NCBI GenBank assembly: GCA_965223795.1
Contig: CBDCXL010000002.1
Span: forward strand, 992,001-1,056,000
Length of the DNA stretch: 64,000 nt
Direction: 5' to 3'
Origin: Nitrospinales bacterium
Lineage (GTDB): Bacteria > Nitrospinota > Nitrospinia > Nitrospinales > VA-1
Of the stretch, positions 10,656 to 20,794 are shown in pieces. Numbering within the stretch: the first letter of the stretch is position 1; each line of letters starts with the position of its first letter. The position numbers were made by a program, and so were the translations under genes. Under the pieces are notes generated by a model, which had not been told where the DNA came from, made no database searches, and saw nothing but the letters and a program-made list of their open reading frames with translations.

Positions 10656-11087
10656 TCAAACGACCGTGGCCTGCTTGAGCCCCAGGTCGATGCAGTCCTT
10701 TGGCAGGGCGCCGGTCTGGATGAGCAGGGAAAGAAAATCCGTGGCGTTCCAGGCTTTGACGATCTTGCCCTTCTCAATGACGCCGAAGAAACTGGATTTG
10801 AATTTCACGTCTTTACCCGTGGCCTTGTGCCGCGCGTTGACGGTGAAGATGCCCGCGACTTCCCCGCCGCTTTCGATGACGTGGTCGAGTGTGATGCGGA
10901 TGGTGTCCATCGCGTCGAGGATCTTGCGATGAAACCGCTTGAAATCCTCCGGGCAGCGGAGGGTTGTTTCCTCCAGGTCCTCCATGTGGCACTCGGCGGC
11001 GAGCATTTCGTCGATGGCGTCCTCCCGGCCCTTGTTCCAGACTTCCTCAAACCAGCGCTGCATCAGCTCCACGTTCGATCGGCTCAT
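10656..11087 (-). CDS. SnoaL-like ester cyclase / NTF2-like protein
   Basis: RWFEEVWNKG..AIDEML, C-terminal GKIVKAWN. Confidence 0.85.
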   Translation of the reverse strand: MSRSNVELMQRWFEEVWNKGREDAIDEMLAAECHMEDLEETTLRCPEDFKRFHRKILDAMDTIRITLDHVIESGGEVAGIFTVNARHKATGKDVKFKSSFFGVIEKGKIVKAWNATDFLSLLIQTGALPKDCIDLGLKQATVV

Positions 11088-11200
11088 GGCGTCCCCCTTT
11101 GCAATGGTTGTACGGTTGGCCAAGACCTCATTATGGCATGCGGAAGCACCCGAAACTGTGAGCCTTCCTGCTATCCCAGGAAAAAAATTTCACTTGGCGG

Positions 11201-11240
11201 TTGACAAAATAATGAATATTTTATACATTATTCATTATTT
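11201..11240 (+). promoter_or_regulatory. sigma70 promoter overlapped by a 12-bp inverted repeat (probable TetR operator)
   Basis: TTGACA (11201)-17 nt-TACATT (11224); AAATAATGAATA-N10-TATTCATTATTT at 11207-11240. Confidence 0.8.
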
Positions 11241-11309
11241 GCAAACCACCTCCCAATTGCAGATCCGGAAGCGGAACCAGCAGAATTAAAAGGATCCCAA
11301 AGCACCTTC

Positions 11310-11918
11310 ATGAAGACCACCGAACAGACGACCGACCAGATTCGCAACCAGATCCTCGACGCCGCCATGGAGCGCTTCGGCCGCTACGGCTGGGGCAAGA
11401 CCACGATGGCGGAGATCGCCAAAGACTGCGAGATGTCCGCCGGAAATCTGTACCGCTATTACGAAAACAAAAAAGAGATCGGCGCGGGCTGTGCCGAGCG
11501 CTGCATGAAAACGTCGGAGGCGCTGTGGCGGGAAGTGCTGAACAAACCCGGCCTCACCGCGGCGGACCGGCTGCGCGAGGCCATCGTGGCTAAGGTGGGC
11601 AACCTGTACAAGGAATTTTCGGAGCGGCCGCCGCTGTTCGAACTGGTGATCTTCGTCTCCAAGGAACGGGGCGATCTGGTTTCGCGGCACGAGGCGTCGC
11701 AGCAGTCCCTGATCGCGGAAATCCTGGCGGAAGGCAACCGCAGCGGTGAATTCGACGTGCCGGACGTGCTGAAAACGGCGAAAGACATCCTCGGCGCCAC
11801 GTTCAAATTCATCGCGCCGCACTATATGGGCTCGCTCAGCCGGATCTCGCTCAAGGACCTGGAAAACGAGGCCCGGCAGGTGGTCGATCTGCTGGTCCGG
11901 GGACTGGAAAAACGTTGA
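11310..11918 (+). CDS. TetR/AcrR family regulator
   Basis: ILDAAMERFGRYGWGKTTMAEIAK...GNLYRYYENK HTH. Confidence 0.95.
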   Translation: MKTTEQTTDQIRNQILDAAMERFGRYGWGKTTMAEIAKDCEMSAGNLYRYYENKKEIGAGCAERCMKTSEALWREVLNKPGLTAADRLREAIVAKVGNLYKEFSERPPLFELVIFVSKERGDLVSRHEASQQSLIAEILAEGNRSGEFDVPDVLKTAKDILGATFKFIAPHYMGSLSRISLKDLENEARQVVDLLVRGLEKR

Positions 11919-11935
11919 TTTTTTTGCTCTGACAG

Positions 11936-11957
11936 TGAATATTTTACAGAAAATTCA
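11936..11957 (+). promoter_or_regulatory. Second putative TetR operator
   Basis: TGAATATTTTACAGAAAATTCA shares TGAAT-N12-ATTCA and its first 11 nt with 11213-11234. Confidence 0.6.
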
Positions 11958-11996
11958 ACTATTAATTCTCAAACAACCGATCTCGGGGTGGGGACA

Positions 11997-14330
11997 ATGA
12001 GTTACGGAGAATGGGTCATCCGGTACCGGTGGTGGATCATCGCCGCCACGATCTGCGGTGTGATGGCGGTGGCCAGCGGCGCGCGTTTTTTGGGATTCAC
12101 CACCGATTACCGTGTGTTTTTCAGTAAAGAAAATCCGCAACTGGCGGCGTTCGAGGCGTTGCAGAACACCTACACCAAGGAAGACAACGCCATGATCGCC
12201 ATCGAGCCGAAAGACGGCAAGGTGTTCACGCGCGAAACGCTCAAGGTGGTGGAGGAAGTCACGAAGCGGTCCTGGCAGATCCCCTACTCCATCCGTGTCG
12301 ATTCAGTCACCAACTTCCAGTACACCTCGGCGGACGGCGACGACCTGGTGGTGCGCGACCTGGTGGAAAACGCGGAATCGTTTTCGGACGCGGATCTGGA
12401 AAAGGCCAAACGCATCGCGCTCGCCGAGCCTCTGCTGCGCGACCGGCTGATCAACCCGGACACGACGATGACGGCGGTGAACGTCACCATCAACCTGCCG
12501 GGCAAGCACATCGATGAAGTGCCGGAGGTGGTGGCCTACGTGCGCGGCATGGCGGATGAATTCCGTTCCAAATATCCGGACATCAACATCTACCTGACCG
12601 GCGTCATGTTCATGAACAACTCGTTCAGCGAGGCGGGCCAGGGCGACATGCAGACGCTGATCCCGGTCATGTACCTGCTCGTCATCGGGATCATGCTCGT
12701 CATTCTGCGCTCGGTGACCGCCACGCTGACCACGGTCGTCGTGATCGCGTTTTCGATTCTCACCGGCATGGGCTTCGCGGGCTGGATGGGCATCAAGCTG
12801 ACGCCGGTGTCGGCCAACGCGCCGACCATCATTTTGACTCTGGCGGTGGCGGACAGCATCCATATATTGATCACACTGTTGCAAGAGATGCGGCGCGGCA
12901 AATCGAAACGGGAAGCGATCGTCGAAGCGCTGCGCATCAACCATCAGCCCGTGTTCATCACCAGCGTGACCACGGCGATCGGTTTTCTGAGCCTCAATTT
13001 CGGCGACTCGCCGCCGTTCTGGCACCTCGGAAACACGGTGGCGGTGGGCGTGATGGCGGCTTACGTGTACTCGGTGGGTTTTCTTCCGGCGGCTTTGTCG
13101 GTTCTTCCTCTTAAAGTCAAGGACAGTAAAAAGAACGGCACGTTGTGGTTCGACCGCTTCGCTGATTTTGTCATTCAGTGGAAAAAACCCCTGCTCTGGG
13201 GCACGCTGACGCTCATCATGCTCATCGCCATCCAGATTCCGCGCATCGAGATCAACGAGAAGTTCAACCAGTATTTCGATACGCGCTACCAGTTCCGTCT
13301 CGACAACGATCACGTGGTCGACAACCTGACCGGGTTTTACTCGATCAATTATTCACTGGGCGCGGGGGAGTCGGGCGGCATCAGCAATCCGGAGTATCTG
13401 GCGAAGGTGGAGGAGTTCGCGGAGTGGTACCGCAAGCAACCCGGCGTCACGTACGTCAGCACGCTGACGGACACGATGAAACGGCTCAACAAGAACATGC
13501 ACAACGACGATCCCGGCTATTACCGGCTGCCGGACTCGCGGGAACTGGCGGCGCAGTACCTGCTGCTGTACGAGTTGTCGCTGCCGTTCGGTCTGGATCT
13601 CAACAACCAGATCAACATCGACAAATCCTCGACCAAGCTGCAGGCGGTGCTTGAGAGCATCTCGACCCGCGAGGCGCTGGACCTGGAAAAGAGCGCGCAG
13701 CAGTGGCTGAAGGACAACGCGCCGGCGCACATGGCATCGAACGGTTCCAGCCCGCTCATCATGTTCTCGCACATTGCCAAGCGCAATCTTGAAAGCATGA
13801 TGACCGGCACGCTGCTGGCGCTGCTGCTGATCTCGGTGATCCTGATCGCGGCGCTCAAAAGCTTCAAGATCGGCCTGCTCAGCATCGTCCCCAACACGCT
13901 GCCGGTGCTCATGACCTTCGGCATCTGGGGCATCATCTACAAGGAAGTCGGGTTCGCGGTCGCGGTGGTGGCGCCGGTGGCGCTGGGGATCATCGTCGAC
14001 GACACAGTGCATTTTCTCAGCAAGTACCTGCGCGCGCGCCGGGAGCAGGGCAAAAGTCCCGAAGACGCAGTGCGCTATTCGTTCCACACGGTGGGCACGG
14101 CGCTGTGGGTGACGTCGCTGATCCTGACCGCGGGCTTCATCGCGCTTTCGTATTCGGGCTTCACGATGACCTCGCACCTGGGCGCGATGACGACGATCGC
14201 GATCCTTTCGGCGCTGGTGGCGGACTTTCTGTTTCTGCCGCCGCTTCTGATGGCGATCGCCAAGAAACAAGCCCCGGCCCCGGCCGGGGCGGTGTTCGCC
14301 CGCACGGCGGAGAGCAAGGCGCAGGAATGA
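11997..14330 (+). CDS. MMPL/RND family transporter
   Basis: Duplicated TM bundles with LAVADSIH and GIIVDDTVHF, two large periplasmic loops. Confidence 0.92.
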   Translation: MSYGEWVIRYRWWIIAATICGVMAVASGARFLGFTTDYRVFFSKENPQLAAFEALQNTYTKEDNAMIAIEPKDGKVFTRETLKVVEEVTKRSWQIPYSIRVDSVTNFQYTSADGDDLVVRDLVENAESFSDADLEKAKRIALAEPLLRDRLINPDTTMTAVNVTINLPGKHIDEVPEVVAYVRGMADEFRSKYPDINIYLTGVMFMNNSFSEAGQGDMQTLIPVMYLLVIGIMLVILRSVTATLTTVVVIAFSILTGMGFAGWMGIKLTPVSANAPTIILTLAVADSIHILITLLQEMRRGKSKREAIVEALRINHQPVFITSVTTAIGFLSLNFGDSPPFWHLGNTVAVGVMAAYVYSVGFLPAALSVLPLKVKDSKKNGTLWFDRFADFVIQWKKPLLWGTLTLIMLIAIQIPRIEINEKFNQYFDTRYQFRLDNDHVVDNLTGFYSINYSLGAGESGGISNPEYLAKVEEFAEWYRKQPGVTYVSTLTDTMKRLNKNMHNDDPGYYRLPDSRELAAQYLLLYELSLPFGLDLNNQINIDKSSTKLQAVLESISTREALDLEKSAQQWLKDNAPAHMASNGSSPLIMFSHIAKRNLESMMTGTLLALLLISVILIAALKSFKIGLLSIVPNTLPVLMTFGIWGIIYKEVGFAVAVVAPVALGIIVDDTVHFLSKYLRARREQGKSPEDAVRYSFHTVGTALWVTSLILTAGFIALSYSGFTMTSHLGAMTTIAILSALVADFLFLPPLLMAIAKKQAPAPAGAVFARTAESKAQE

Positions 14331-14476
14331 GTGAGCGCAAACAAACTTCAACTTCATCAACCCGTGAAGCGGTTTTACGGCGGCTCGCCGAAAACATCGG
14401 ATAGCCGATACAGGCGAACATCCGGGTCCGGGCGCAAAAACGGGCTTCACAAAAGGCTACGGCAGGAGAGACGCTC

Positions 14477-15262
14477 ATGATACGATTTTTAATATTCTGG
14501 GTGCTGGCCGCGCTGGCGGCACCGGCGGCGGTGGCGGCGGAAACGCCGGAGGAGAAGGGCCTCGCCATCGCGCAGGAGGACGACAAGCGCGACAACGGTT
14601 TCCATGATTTCACCGCGGACATGGTGATGATCCTGAAAAACCGCCACGGCGAGGAAAGCAAGCGCACTATCCGCAACCGCACGCTGGAAGTGGAAGGCGA
14701 CGGCGACAAATCGCTGGTGATCTTCGACCGGCCGCGCGACGTGAAGGGAACGGCGCTCTTGAATTTCAGCCACAAAGAGGGAAACGACGATCAGTGGCTG
14801 TTCCTTCCCGCCCTGAAGCGGGTCAAGCGCATCAGCTCGGCGAACAAGTCGGGCTCGTTCATGGGCAGCGAGTTCGCCTACGAGGACGTGACCAGCCAGG
14901 AGGTGGAAAAATACACGTACAAGTGGATCAAAGACGAAACGCTGGACGGCAAGGAATGTTTCGTCTTCGAGCGCTACCCGGCGTATAAAAATTCCGGCTA
15001 CACCCGGCAGGTGGTCTGGCTCGACAAGGCGGAGTACCGCATCTACAAGATCGAATATTACGACCGGAAAAACTCGCTGCTCAAAACCCTGGTGTACCGG
15101 GGCTACGATCAGTATCTCGACCGCTACTGGTATCCCAGGGAGATGTTCATGGACAACCATCAGACGGGCAAGAGCACGCTGCTCGTGTGGTCGAACTATG
15201 AGTTCAATACCGGTCTTGAAGATCGGGATTTCAACAAGAACAGTCTGAAGCGCGCGCGTTGA
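14477..15262 (+). CDS. Outer-membrane lipoprotein-sorting (LolA-like) protein
   Basis: Signal peptide; P.DVKGTALL, DDQWLFLPALKRVKRIS, SFMGSEFAYED. Confidence 0.88.
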   Translation: MIRFLIFWVLAALAAPAAVAAETPEEKGLAIAQEDDKRDNGFHDFTADMVMILKNRHGEESKRTIRNRTLEVEGDGDKSLVIFDRPRDVKGTALLNFSHKEGNDDQWLFLPALKRVKRISSANKSGSFMGSEFAYEDVTSQEVEKYTYKWIKDETLDGKECFVFERYPAYKNSGYTRQVVWLDKAEYRIYKIEYYDRKNSLLKTLVYRGYDQYLDRYWYPREMFMDNHQTGKSTLLVWSNYEFNTGLEDRDFNKNSLKRAR

Positions 15263-15267
15263 GATCC

Positions 15268-16479
15268 ATGAACGGCGCCGCTTTTTCCGGTCGTGCGATC
15301 ACCGCGTTTCTTTTGTGGTTTCTTCTCGCGCTGACACCCGCTGCGGGCGCGCAGGAGTTTTCCGGGTTCGTCGGCGCCGAGGCGCGGCTGTTCGCCAACA
15401 GCGCCATCCACGCGGGACAGAAAGACCATTCGGGTTCTCTGGTTGCGCAGCCTGAGTTTTACTACGAATGGGACGACGGCAGCAGTTTCACCTTCGTGCC
15501 GTTCTACCGGCTGGACAGCGCCGACCCGGAGCGCACGCATTTCGATCTGCGCGAGTTGACCTATCTGTGGCTGAAGGATGATTTCGAGCTGAGGGTGGGC
15601 GTGCGCAAGGTGTTCTGGGGCGCCACGGAGGTGGTGCACCTGGTGGACGTCATCAACCAGACGGACCTGGTGGAAAACCCGGATACGGAGGACAAGCTGG
15701 GACAGCCGATGGTCAATCTGTCGGTGGTGCAGGACTGGGGCATCGTGGACCTGTTTCTGCTGCCCTATTTCCGGGAGCGGACGTTTCCCGGCCGGCGCGG
15801 GCGGCTGCGCAGCCAGCTTGTGGTGGACACGGACCAGGCGCAGTTCGAAAGCGCCGCGGAAGAGTGGCACACGGACTGGGCGGCGCGTTACAGCCACACG
15901 CTGGGCGACCTCGATTTCGGGGTGTATCATTTCATGGGGACGGGGCGCGAGCCGACGCTGATCCCGAGCGCCGACGGATCGGGAGACCCGGTTCTGGTTC
16001 CGTTGTACGAGCAGATCCACCAGACCGGGCTGGACGCGACCTACGTTCTCGGCGAGTGGCTGTGGAAGCTGGAAGCGCTGTACCGCAGCGGCCAGGGCAA
16101 CCGGGATTTTTTTTCCTGGACGGGCGGCTTCGAGTACACGTTCACGCGCATCTGGGACACGCCGATGGACCTGGGCGTGCTGCTGGAAGGCATCTTCGAT
16201 GAGCGGGGCAGAAACGCCACGACGCCGTTCGAGCACGATCTCGCCGGCGGGCTCAGGCTCACGCTCAACGATCCGGAAAGCACGGAGCTGCTTTTCGGCT
16301 GGGTGCAGGATTTGAAAAGCGATGCGCGGTTTTTGTTCCTTGAAACCAGCCGCCGATTCGGCGACCATTGGAAACTGACCGTAGAGCTTCGTACCTTTTT
16401 CAGCCAGCCCGCGGAAGACATTCTGTTCGACCAGCGTGCGGACGATTTTCTGCAGGCGGAACTGGCTTATTATTTTTGA
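15268..16479 (+). CDS. Outer-membrane beta-barrel protein
   Basis: Signal peptide, amphipathic strands, ends LAYYF; typical partner of MMPL + LolA-like genes. Confidence 0.75.
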   Translation: MNGAAFSGRAITAFLLWFLLALTPAAGAQEFSGFVGAEARLFANSAIHAGQKDHSGSLVAQPEFYYEWDDGSSFTFVPFYRLDSADPERTHFDLRELTYLWLKDDFELRVGVRKVFWGATEVVHLVDVINQTDLVENPDTEDKLGQPMVNLSVVQDWGIVDLFLLPYFRERTFPGRRGRLRSQLVVDTDQAQFESAAEEWHTDWAARYSHTLGDLDFGVYHFMGTGREPTLIPSADGSGDPVLVPLYEQIHQTGLDATYVLGEWLWKLEALYRSGQGNRDFFSWTGGFEYTFTRIWDTPMDLGVLLEGIFDERGRNATTPFEHDLAGGLRLTLNDPESTELLFGWVQDLKSDARFLFLETSRRFGDHWKLTVELRTFFSQPAEDILFDQRADDFLQAELAYYF

Positions 16480-16496
16480 CGCGGGGGTGTGCCTTG

Positions 16497-17810
16497 ATGA
16501 ACGGCTTACGATGTTTGGTGATCTTTGTTGCGGTTTTTGCCGCGTCCTCCGGCAAGGCGCTGGCAGCGGAAAACACGTTTCACGCGCTGCTGTCTGAAAA
16601 GGCCGTTCTTGAACAACGCTATGGCGTCAAAAACCTCGAGTGTTTTCCCTTCAAGCAGGACATCGGTTTCACTCAGGACCAGATCCCGTTGATCGAAAAC
16701 TGCCTGTCGGCGGTGCGGACCTTGAAGGACGCTTTCAAAGAAGTCGCCGACCCGGAATACCGGGTGGTGGGGATCAGCACACGGTTTCTGCGCACGGCGG
16801 GATTTCACACGGTGCTGGTGAAATGGGACGCCTCGAAAGAAGAGTTGGTGCGCTTTCTCAAAGGCAACATGCCCCGCAAACAACGGAGGGGATTTCTCGA
16901 TCAGATCATCGCGCTGAAGAAAGAGATCAACAACAAGCTCAACATCCACCGGCTCTACTGTTCGCAGGAAATCTCCAATGACGACTGCCTGACCGGCTAC
17001 CGGAACCTGGCGAAGGCGGTGGCGGAGGACACGCCGGCAAAGGTCGAATGGCGCGAGATCGCCGTCACTTCTTCCCCGCTGCCGCATGAAGACCCGCACA
17101 CGCTGGCTCTGGCGTTCGACCTTTCGCCTGAGGAAATGCGCGCGCTGCTGAAAACCGACGTGCAGGCGCGGTGGACGCAGCGCCGCAAAGCGTACGAAAA
17201 AATTCAGGAGGATTTCGGGCAGGGGTTCCGCGAGCGGCTGCAGATGGAGGACCTGCTGTGCGGGCTGGACATCACGATCGAGCAGTGCCGGGAAGGGGCG
17301 GCCAATCTGCATGCGGCGAGTCAGGACGACGCGCTGCAGGAACGCTACTGGGGCCGGGTGGTCATCCGCAAATACAACACCTTCATCGAGGACGACTTCA
17401 ACGTTTCGCTGCGCTACGATCTTGCGCCGGAAGCCATCGTCGAACATTTTTCCCAAAAGCCCACGCGCCAGGAAGCCACGCGCAACACCATCCAGGCGGA
17501 AAAACTGGAAGGGCGCACCAAAAACAATCCGGCTCGACTGCGCGGGATCTGCGATCTGGAAGGGCTGAGCTCCAAGCAGTGCGCCCGGTCGTTCCAGATG
17601 TTCATCGATTTTCTCAAAAAAAACCGCGAGTACCGGGTGCAAAGGCCCTGGACCGACCTGATGTTCGTCGACGGCCACCAGTTGTCGCGGGTCAATTTCG
17701 CGCTCAATTCCTCGTCCCGCGACACGTACCTCTACATCGACGCCAACAGCGATGAAGATGAATTCGAATCGTATCTCAACCGGTTCCGCGGTGAAGTGAA
17801 AGACGAATAG
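16497..17810 (+). CDS. Secreted hypothetical protein with internal Cys-pair repeats
   Basis: Signal peptide (ALA-AE); four Cys pairs in similar context. Confidence 0.7.
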   Translation: MNGLRCLVIFVAVFAASSGKALAAENTFHALLSEKAVLEQRYGVKNLECFPFKQDIGFTQDQIPLIENCLSAVRTLKDAFKEVADPEYRVVGISTRFLRTAGFHTVLVKWDASKEELVRFLKGNMPRKQRRGFLDQIIALKKEINNKLNIHRLYCSQEISNDDCLTGYRNLAKAVAEDTPAKVEWREIAVTSSPLPHEDPHTLALAFDLSPEEMRALLKTDVQARWTQRRKAYEKIQEDFGQGFRERLQMEDLLCGLDITIEQCREGAANLHAASQDDALQERYWGRVVIRKYNTFIEDDFNVSLRYDLAPEAIVEHFSQKPTRQEATRNTIQAEKLEGRTKNNPARLRGICDLEGLSSKQCARSFQMFIDFLKKNREYRVQRPWTDLMFVDGHQLSRVNFALNSSSRDTYLYIDANSDEDEFESYLNRFRGEVKDE

Positions 17811-17875
17811 GGTTTCACCGCGACGGGGGATCCCTCGGTCCGCCCGCGCCTGGCAGTCCCTGCGAGGGACGGATT

Positions 17876-19906
17876 ATGTCCGACACATCCCGCCTGATTC
17901 CCTGGCTCATCGCCGCTGTTCTTCTGCTCGACCTGTGCCTGTCCCTCAACGCAAGGCTGGGCTATTCCAGCCCCAGCGAACGCTGGCAGCCGAATCCGAA
18001 ACAATTTGCAGATCTGTCCTGGCCGCCCGGGGCGGACCTGCCTGAAAACACTCCTTTGGGCGAAAGCGTCTATGCCCGCCACTGCGCGGTGTGCCACGGT
18101 CCCGGCGGCCGGGGCAACGGCCCGGCGGCGCCTTCACTGATTCCGCGTCCGCGCGATTTCACCCTCGGCCAGTTCAAGTACAAATCCACCGCTACCGGGC
18201 AGCCGCCGACCGATCTGGATCTCATCGCCGTTGTGTCCAAAGGGCTTCCAGCCAGCGCGATGCCCTACTGGGAGGATGTGCTGAGTAAAAAGGAAATCCT
18301 TTCGGTGGTGCGATTCATCAAAACCTTATCGCCGGTGTTCGAGAACGCGGCGCCGCAACCGGTCGCGGCTGCGAAACGGCCTGCGTTTTCGCCGGAAAGC
18401 GTTGAGACCGGCCGCGCGTTGTATGAAGCGCAGCAATGCGGAGTGTGCCACGGCGCGGACGGAAGCGGCGGCCTCAGGCTTGAGGACGCCAAAGGGTATC
18501 CGGTGTTTTCGCGCGATCTCACGGCTCCCTGGACGTTTCGCGGCGGCGGCGAACCGGAGCGGATCTGGCTGCGCCTGACCACGGGGCTGGCTCCGGGACC
18601 GATGCCGTCGTATGCCAGCCCGCTGAACGATGCACAGCGCTGGCACCTGGTGCATTACCTGATCTCGATCGCGCGCGCGCCGCCGTGGATGCCGGGCGGT
18701 CAACTGGCGGGCCGGGGGCAGCACCCCGATCCGGTGACGCGCGGCGAATACCTGGTGCACGCACAGATGTGCGGCCTGTGCCACACGCAGATCAACCGCA
18801 CGGGGATCTACCGCGACGACCGTTATCTGGCGGGCGGCATGCGGGTGGGCGCGTACCCTTACGGCGTGTTCGTCTCGCGCAACCTGACTTCCGATGCAAA
18901 GACGGGCATCGGTGCGCTGAGCGCCGAAGCAATCGCCCGCGCCATCCGCACGGGCCGGCGGCCGGGACGGCTGCTCAATCTTCTGGGCATGCCGTGGATG
19001 TTTCTGCACGGCCTGACGGACGCGGACGCGGCGGCCATCGGCGCGTACCTGAAAACGCTGCCGGCGGTGGACAACGCCATCCCGCCGCCTTTGCACTACG
19101 GGGTGCTGGAAACGACGCTTGTCAAGCTGTACCAGACGCTGACGCACGGCGGCGTGCGGGCGCTCTCGTACGCGGACGGCAATTTCGGCGGCGTGCGGAC
19201 GCGCTGGCTGGCGCCGCACTGGGTTCAGCGGGTTCTGTACGTTCTTGAGACAGCGGCGCTGCTGACGCTGTGTTTTCTGATTCTGCGCGCGGGGTACAGA
19301 AAGGCGAAAAGCCGCGGACGGCCGCGCGCGGCGTCGCGCACGTTCAAAAAAACGCTCGGCACCGCGGCGGTGCTGGGGCTTGTGTGGCTCTGGTACCATT
19401 ATCCGGCGCTTTCGCTCATCCCGCCGCAGGAGATCGCCAAGTCCACGGTGGGCGCGGTGCCCGAGGTGGAGGCGCAGGAGTCGCCGGAACTTCACGCGAT
19501 GGCGGAGCGGGGCCAGTATGTCTACACGGTGGCGTCGTGCGCCTTCTGCCACGGACCCAAAGGGTCGGGCGGCTCGAAGGTCAGCTGGAAACCGTTCGGC
19601 ACGCTGTTCGTTCCCAACATCACGCAGGATGTGGAAACGGGGATCGGCGGCTGGAGCGATGCGGAGATCCTCCGCGCCGTGCGCGGCGGCGTTTCGCGGT
19701 CGGGCCGGACGCTGCACTGGCAGGGCATGATCTGGGACCATGCTAGCAACTGGGGTGAAGAGGACCTGCGTTCTCTGGTTGTTTATCTGAAGACGCTGCC
19801 CGCGGTGAAAAAAAACATTCCCGAGGCGCACCCGCCCTCGGATGCGGATTGTGCGGTGTACACGTTCATCCTGGACGCGAATGCGGAACCGGGTTGCGAT
19901 TATTGA
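17876..19906 (+). CDS. Membrane-bound tetraheme cytochrome c
   Basis: CAVCH, CGVCH, CGLCH, CAFCH; N-terminal anchor and two internal TM helices. Confidence 0.9.
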   Translation: MSDTSRLIPWLIAAVLLLDLCLSLNARLGYSSPSERWQPNPKQFADLSWPPGADLPENTPLGESVYARHCAVCHGPGGRGNGPAAPSLIPRPRDFTLGQFKYKSTATGQPPTDLDLIAVVSKGLPASAMPYWEDVLSKKEILSVVRFIKTLSPVFENAAPQPVAAAKRPAFSPESVETGRALYEAQQCGVCHGADGSGGLRLEDAKGYPVFSRDLTAPWTFRGGGEPERIWLRLTTGLAPGPMPSYASPLNDAQRWHLVHYLISIARAPPWMPGGQLAGRGQHPDPVTRGEYLVHAQMCGLCHTQINRTGIYRDDRYLAGGMRVGAYPYGVFVSRNLTSDAKTGIGALSAEAIARAIRTGRRPGRLLNLLGMPWMFLHGLTDADAAAIGAYLKTLPAVDNAIPPPLHYGVLETTLVKLYQTLTHGGVRALSYADGNFGGVRTRWLAPHWVQRVLYVLETAALLTLCFLILRAGYRKAKSRGRPRAASRTFKKTLGTAAVLGLVWLWYHYPALSLIPPQEIAKSTVGAVPEVEAQESPELHAMAERGQYVYTVASCAFCHGPKGSGGSKVSWKPFGTLFVPNITQDVETGIGGWSDAEILRAVRGGVSRSGRTLHWQGMIWDHASNWGEEDLRSLVVYLKTLPAVKKNIPEAHPPSDADCAVYTFILDANAEPGCDY

Positions 19907-19917
19907 AAGGCAAGGCT

Positions 19918-20787
19918 ATGGCGGATGTGAAACTGAAACTGGATGACAATGTGGACGGCGTGTTTTTCGTCGATTCGACGTGCATCGACTGCGACGCCTG
20001 CCGCAAATTCGCCCCCGGCGTGTTCGGGGAAACCGGGGAGCATTCCTTCGTGAAGCGGCAGCCGCAAAACCGGGAGGAAACCCTCGCGGCGCAGCAGGCG
20101 CTCATCGCCTGCCCGGTGGGTTCGATCGGGACGACCGTCAAGATGAACACGTCACAAGCGCGCGATTCGTTGCCGCTGCCGCTTGCGGAAGGGATTTATC
20201 TCAACGGCTTCAACCACGCCGACTCATTCGGGGCGGACAGTTATTTCATCCGCTCGGACACGGGCAACTGGCTGGTGGACTCGCCGCGCTTCACGCCGCA
20301 CCTGAGAAAGCAGTTCGAGGCGTGGGGCGGTGTGCGCACGATCTTTCTGACGCACCGGGACGACGTGGCGGACGCCCACCTCTACGCCCGGCATTTCGGG
20401 GCGGAGCGCATCATCCACCGTTTCGACGCGGATGCGCAGAAAGACGCGGAGATCGTGCTCGACGGCACGGAGCTTTATGTCCGGGACAAGGCGAAAATCC
20501 TGTTCACGCCGGGGCACACGCGCGGGCATCTGGTGCTGCTGTGGGACGAACGGTTTTTGTTCACGGGCGATCACTTCGCCTGGCTGGCGCAGAAAAACCG
20601 CTTCGGTTCGTTCCGGCGCGCCTGCTGGTATTCCTGGGAAGCGCAGATCGCGTCGGTGGACGCCATGAAGGTGTTCGAACATGTGGAATGGATTCTGCCG
20701 GGGCATGGGAAACGCAGGCAGATCGAGCGCGGGCGTTTTCCGGAAATCGTGGCGGACGCGGTGGACTGGATGCGCAGCGTGGCCTGA
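19918..20787 (+). CDS. Ferredoxin-fused MBL-fold metallo-hydrolase
   Basis: VDSTCIDCDAC...ACPVGSI plus THRDDVAD, TPGHTRGH, FTGDH, LPGHG. Confidence 0.9.
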   Translation: MADVKLKLDDNVDGVFFVDSTCIDCDACRKFAPGVFGETGEHSFVKRQPQNREETLAAQQALIACPVGSIGTTVKMNTSQARDSLPLPLAEGIYLNGFNHADSFGADSYFIRSDTGNWLVDSPRFTPHLRKQFEAWGGVRTIFLTHRDDVADAHLYARHFGAERIIHRFDADAQKDAEIVLDGTELYVRDKAKILFTPGHTRGHLVLLWDERFLFTGDHFAWLAQKNRFGSFRRACWYSWEAQIASVDAMKVFEHVEWILPGHGKRRQIERGRFPEIVADAVDWMRSVA

Positions 20788-20794
20788 CCGCGGG

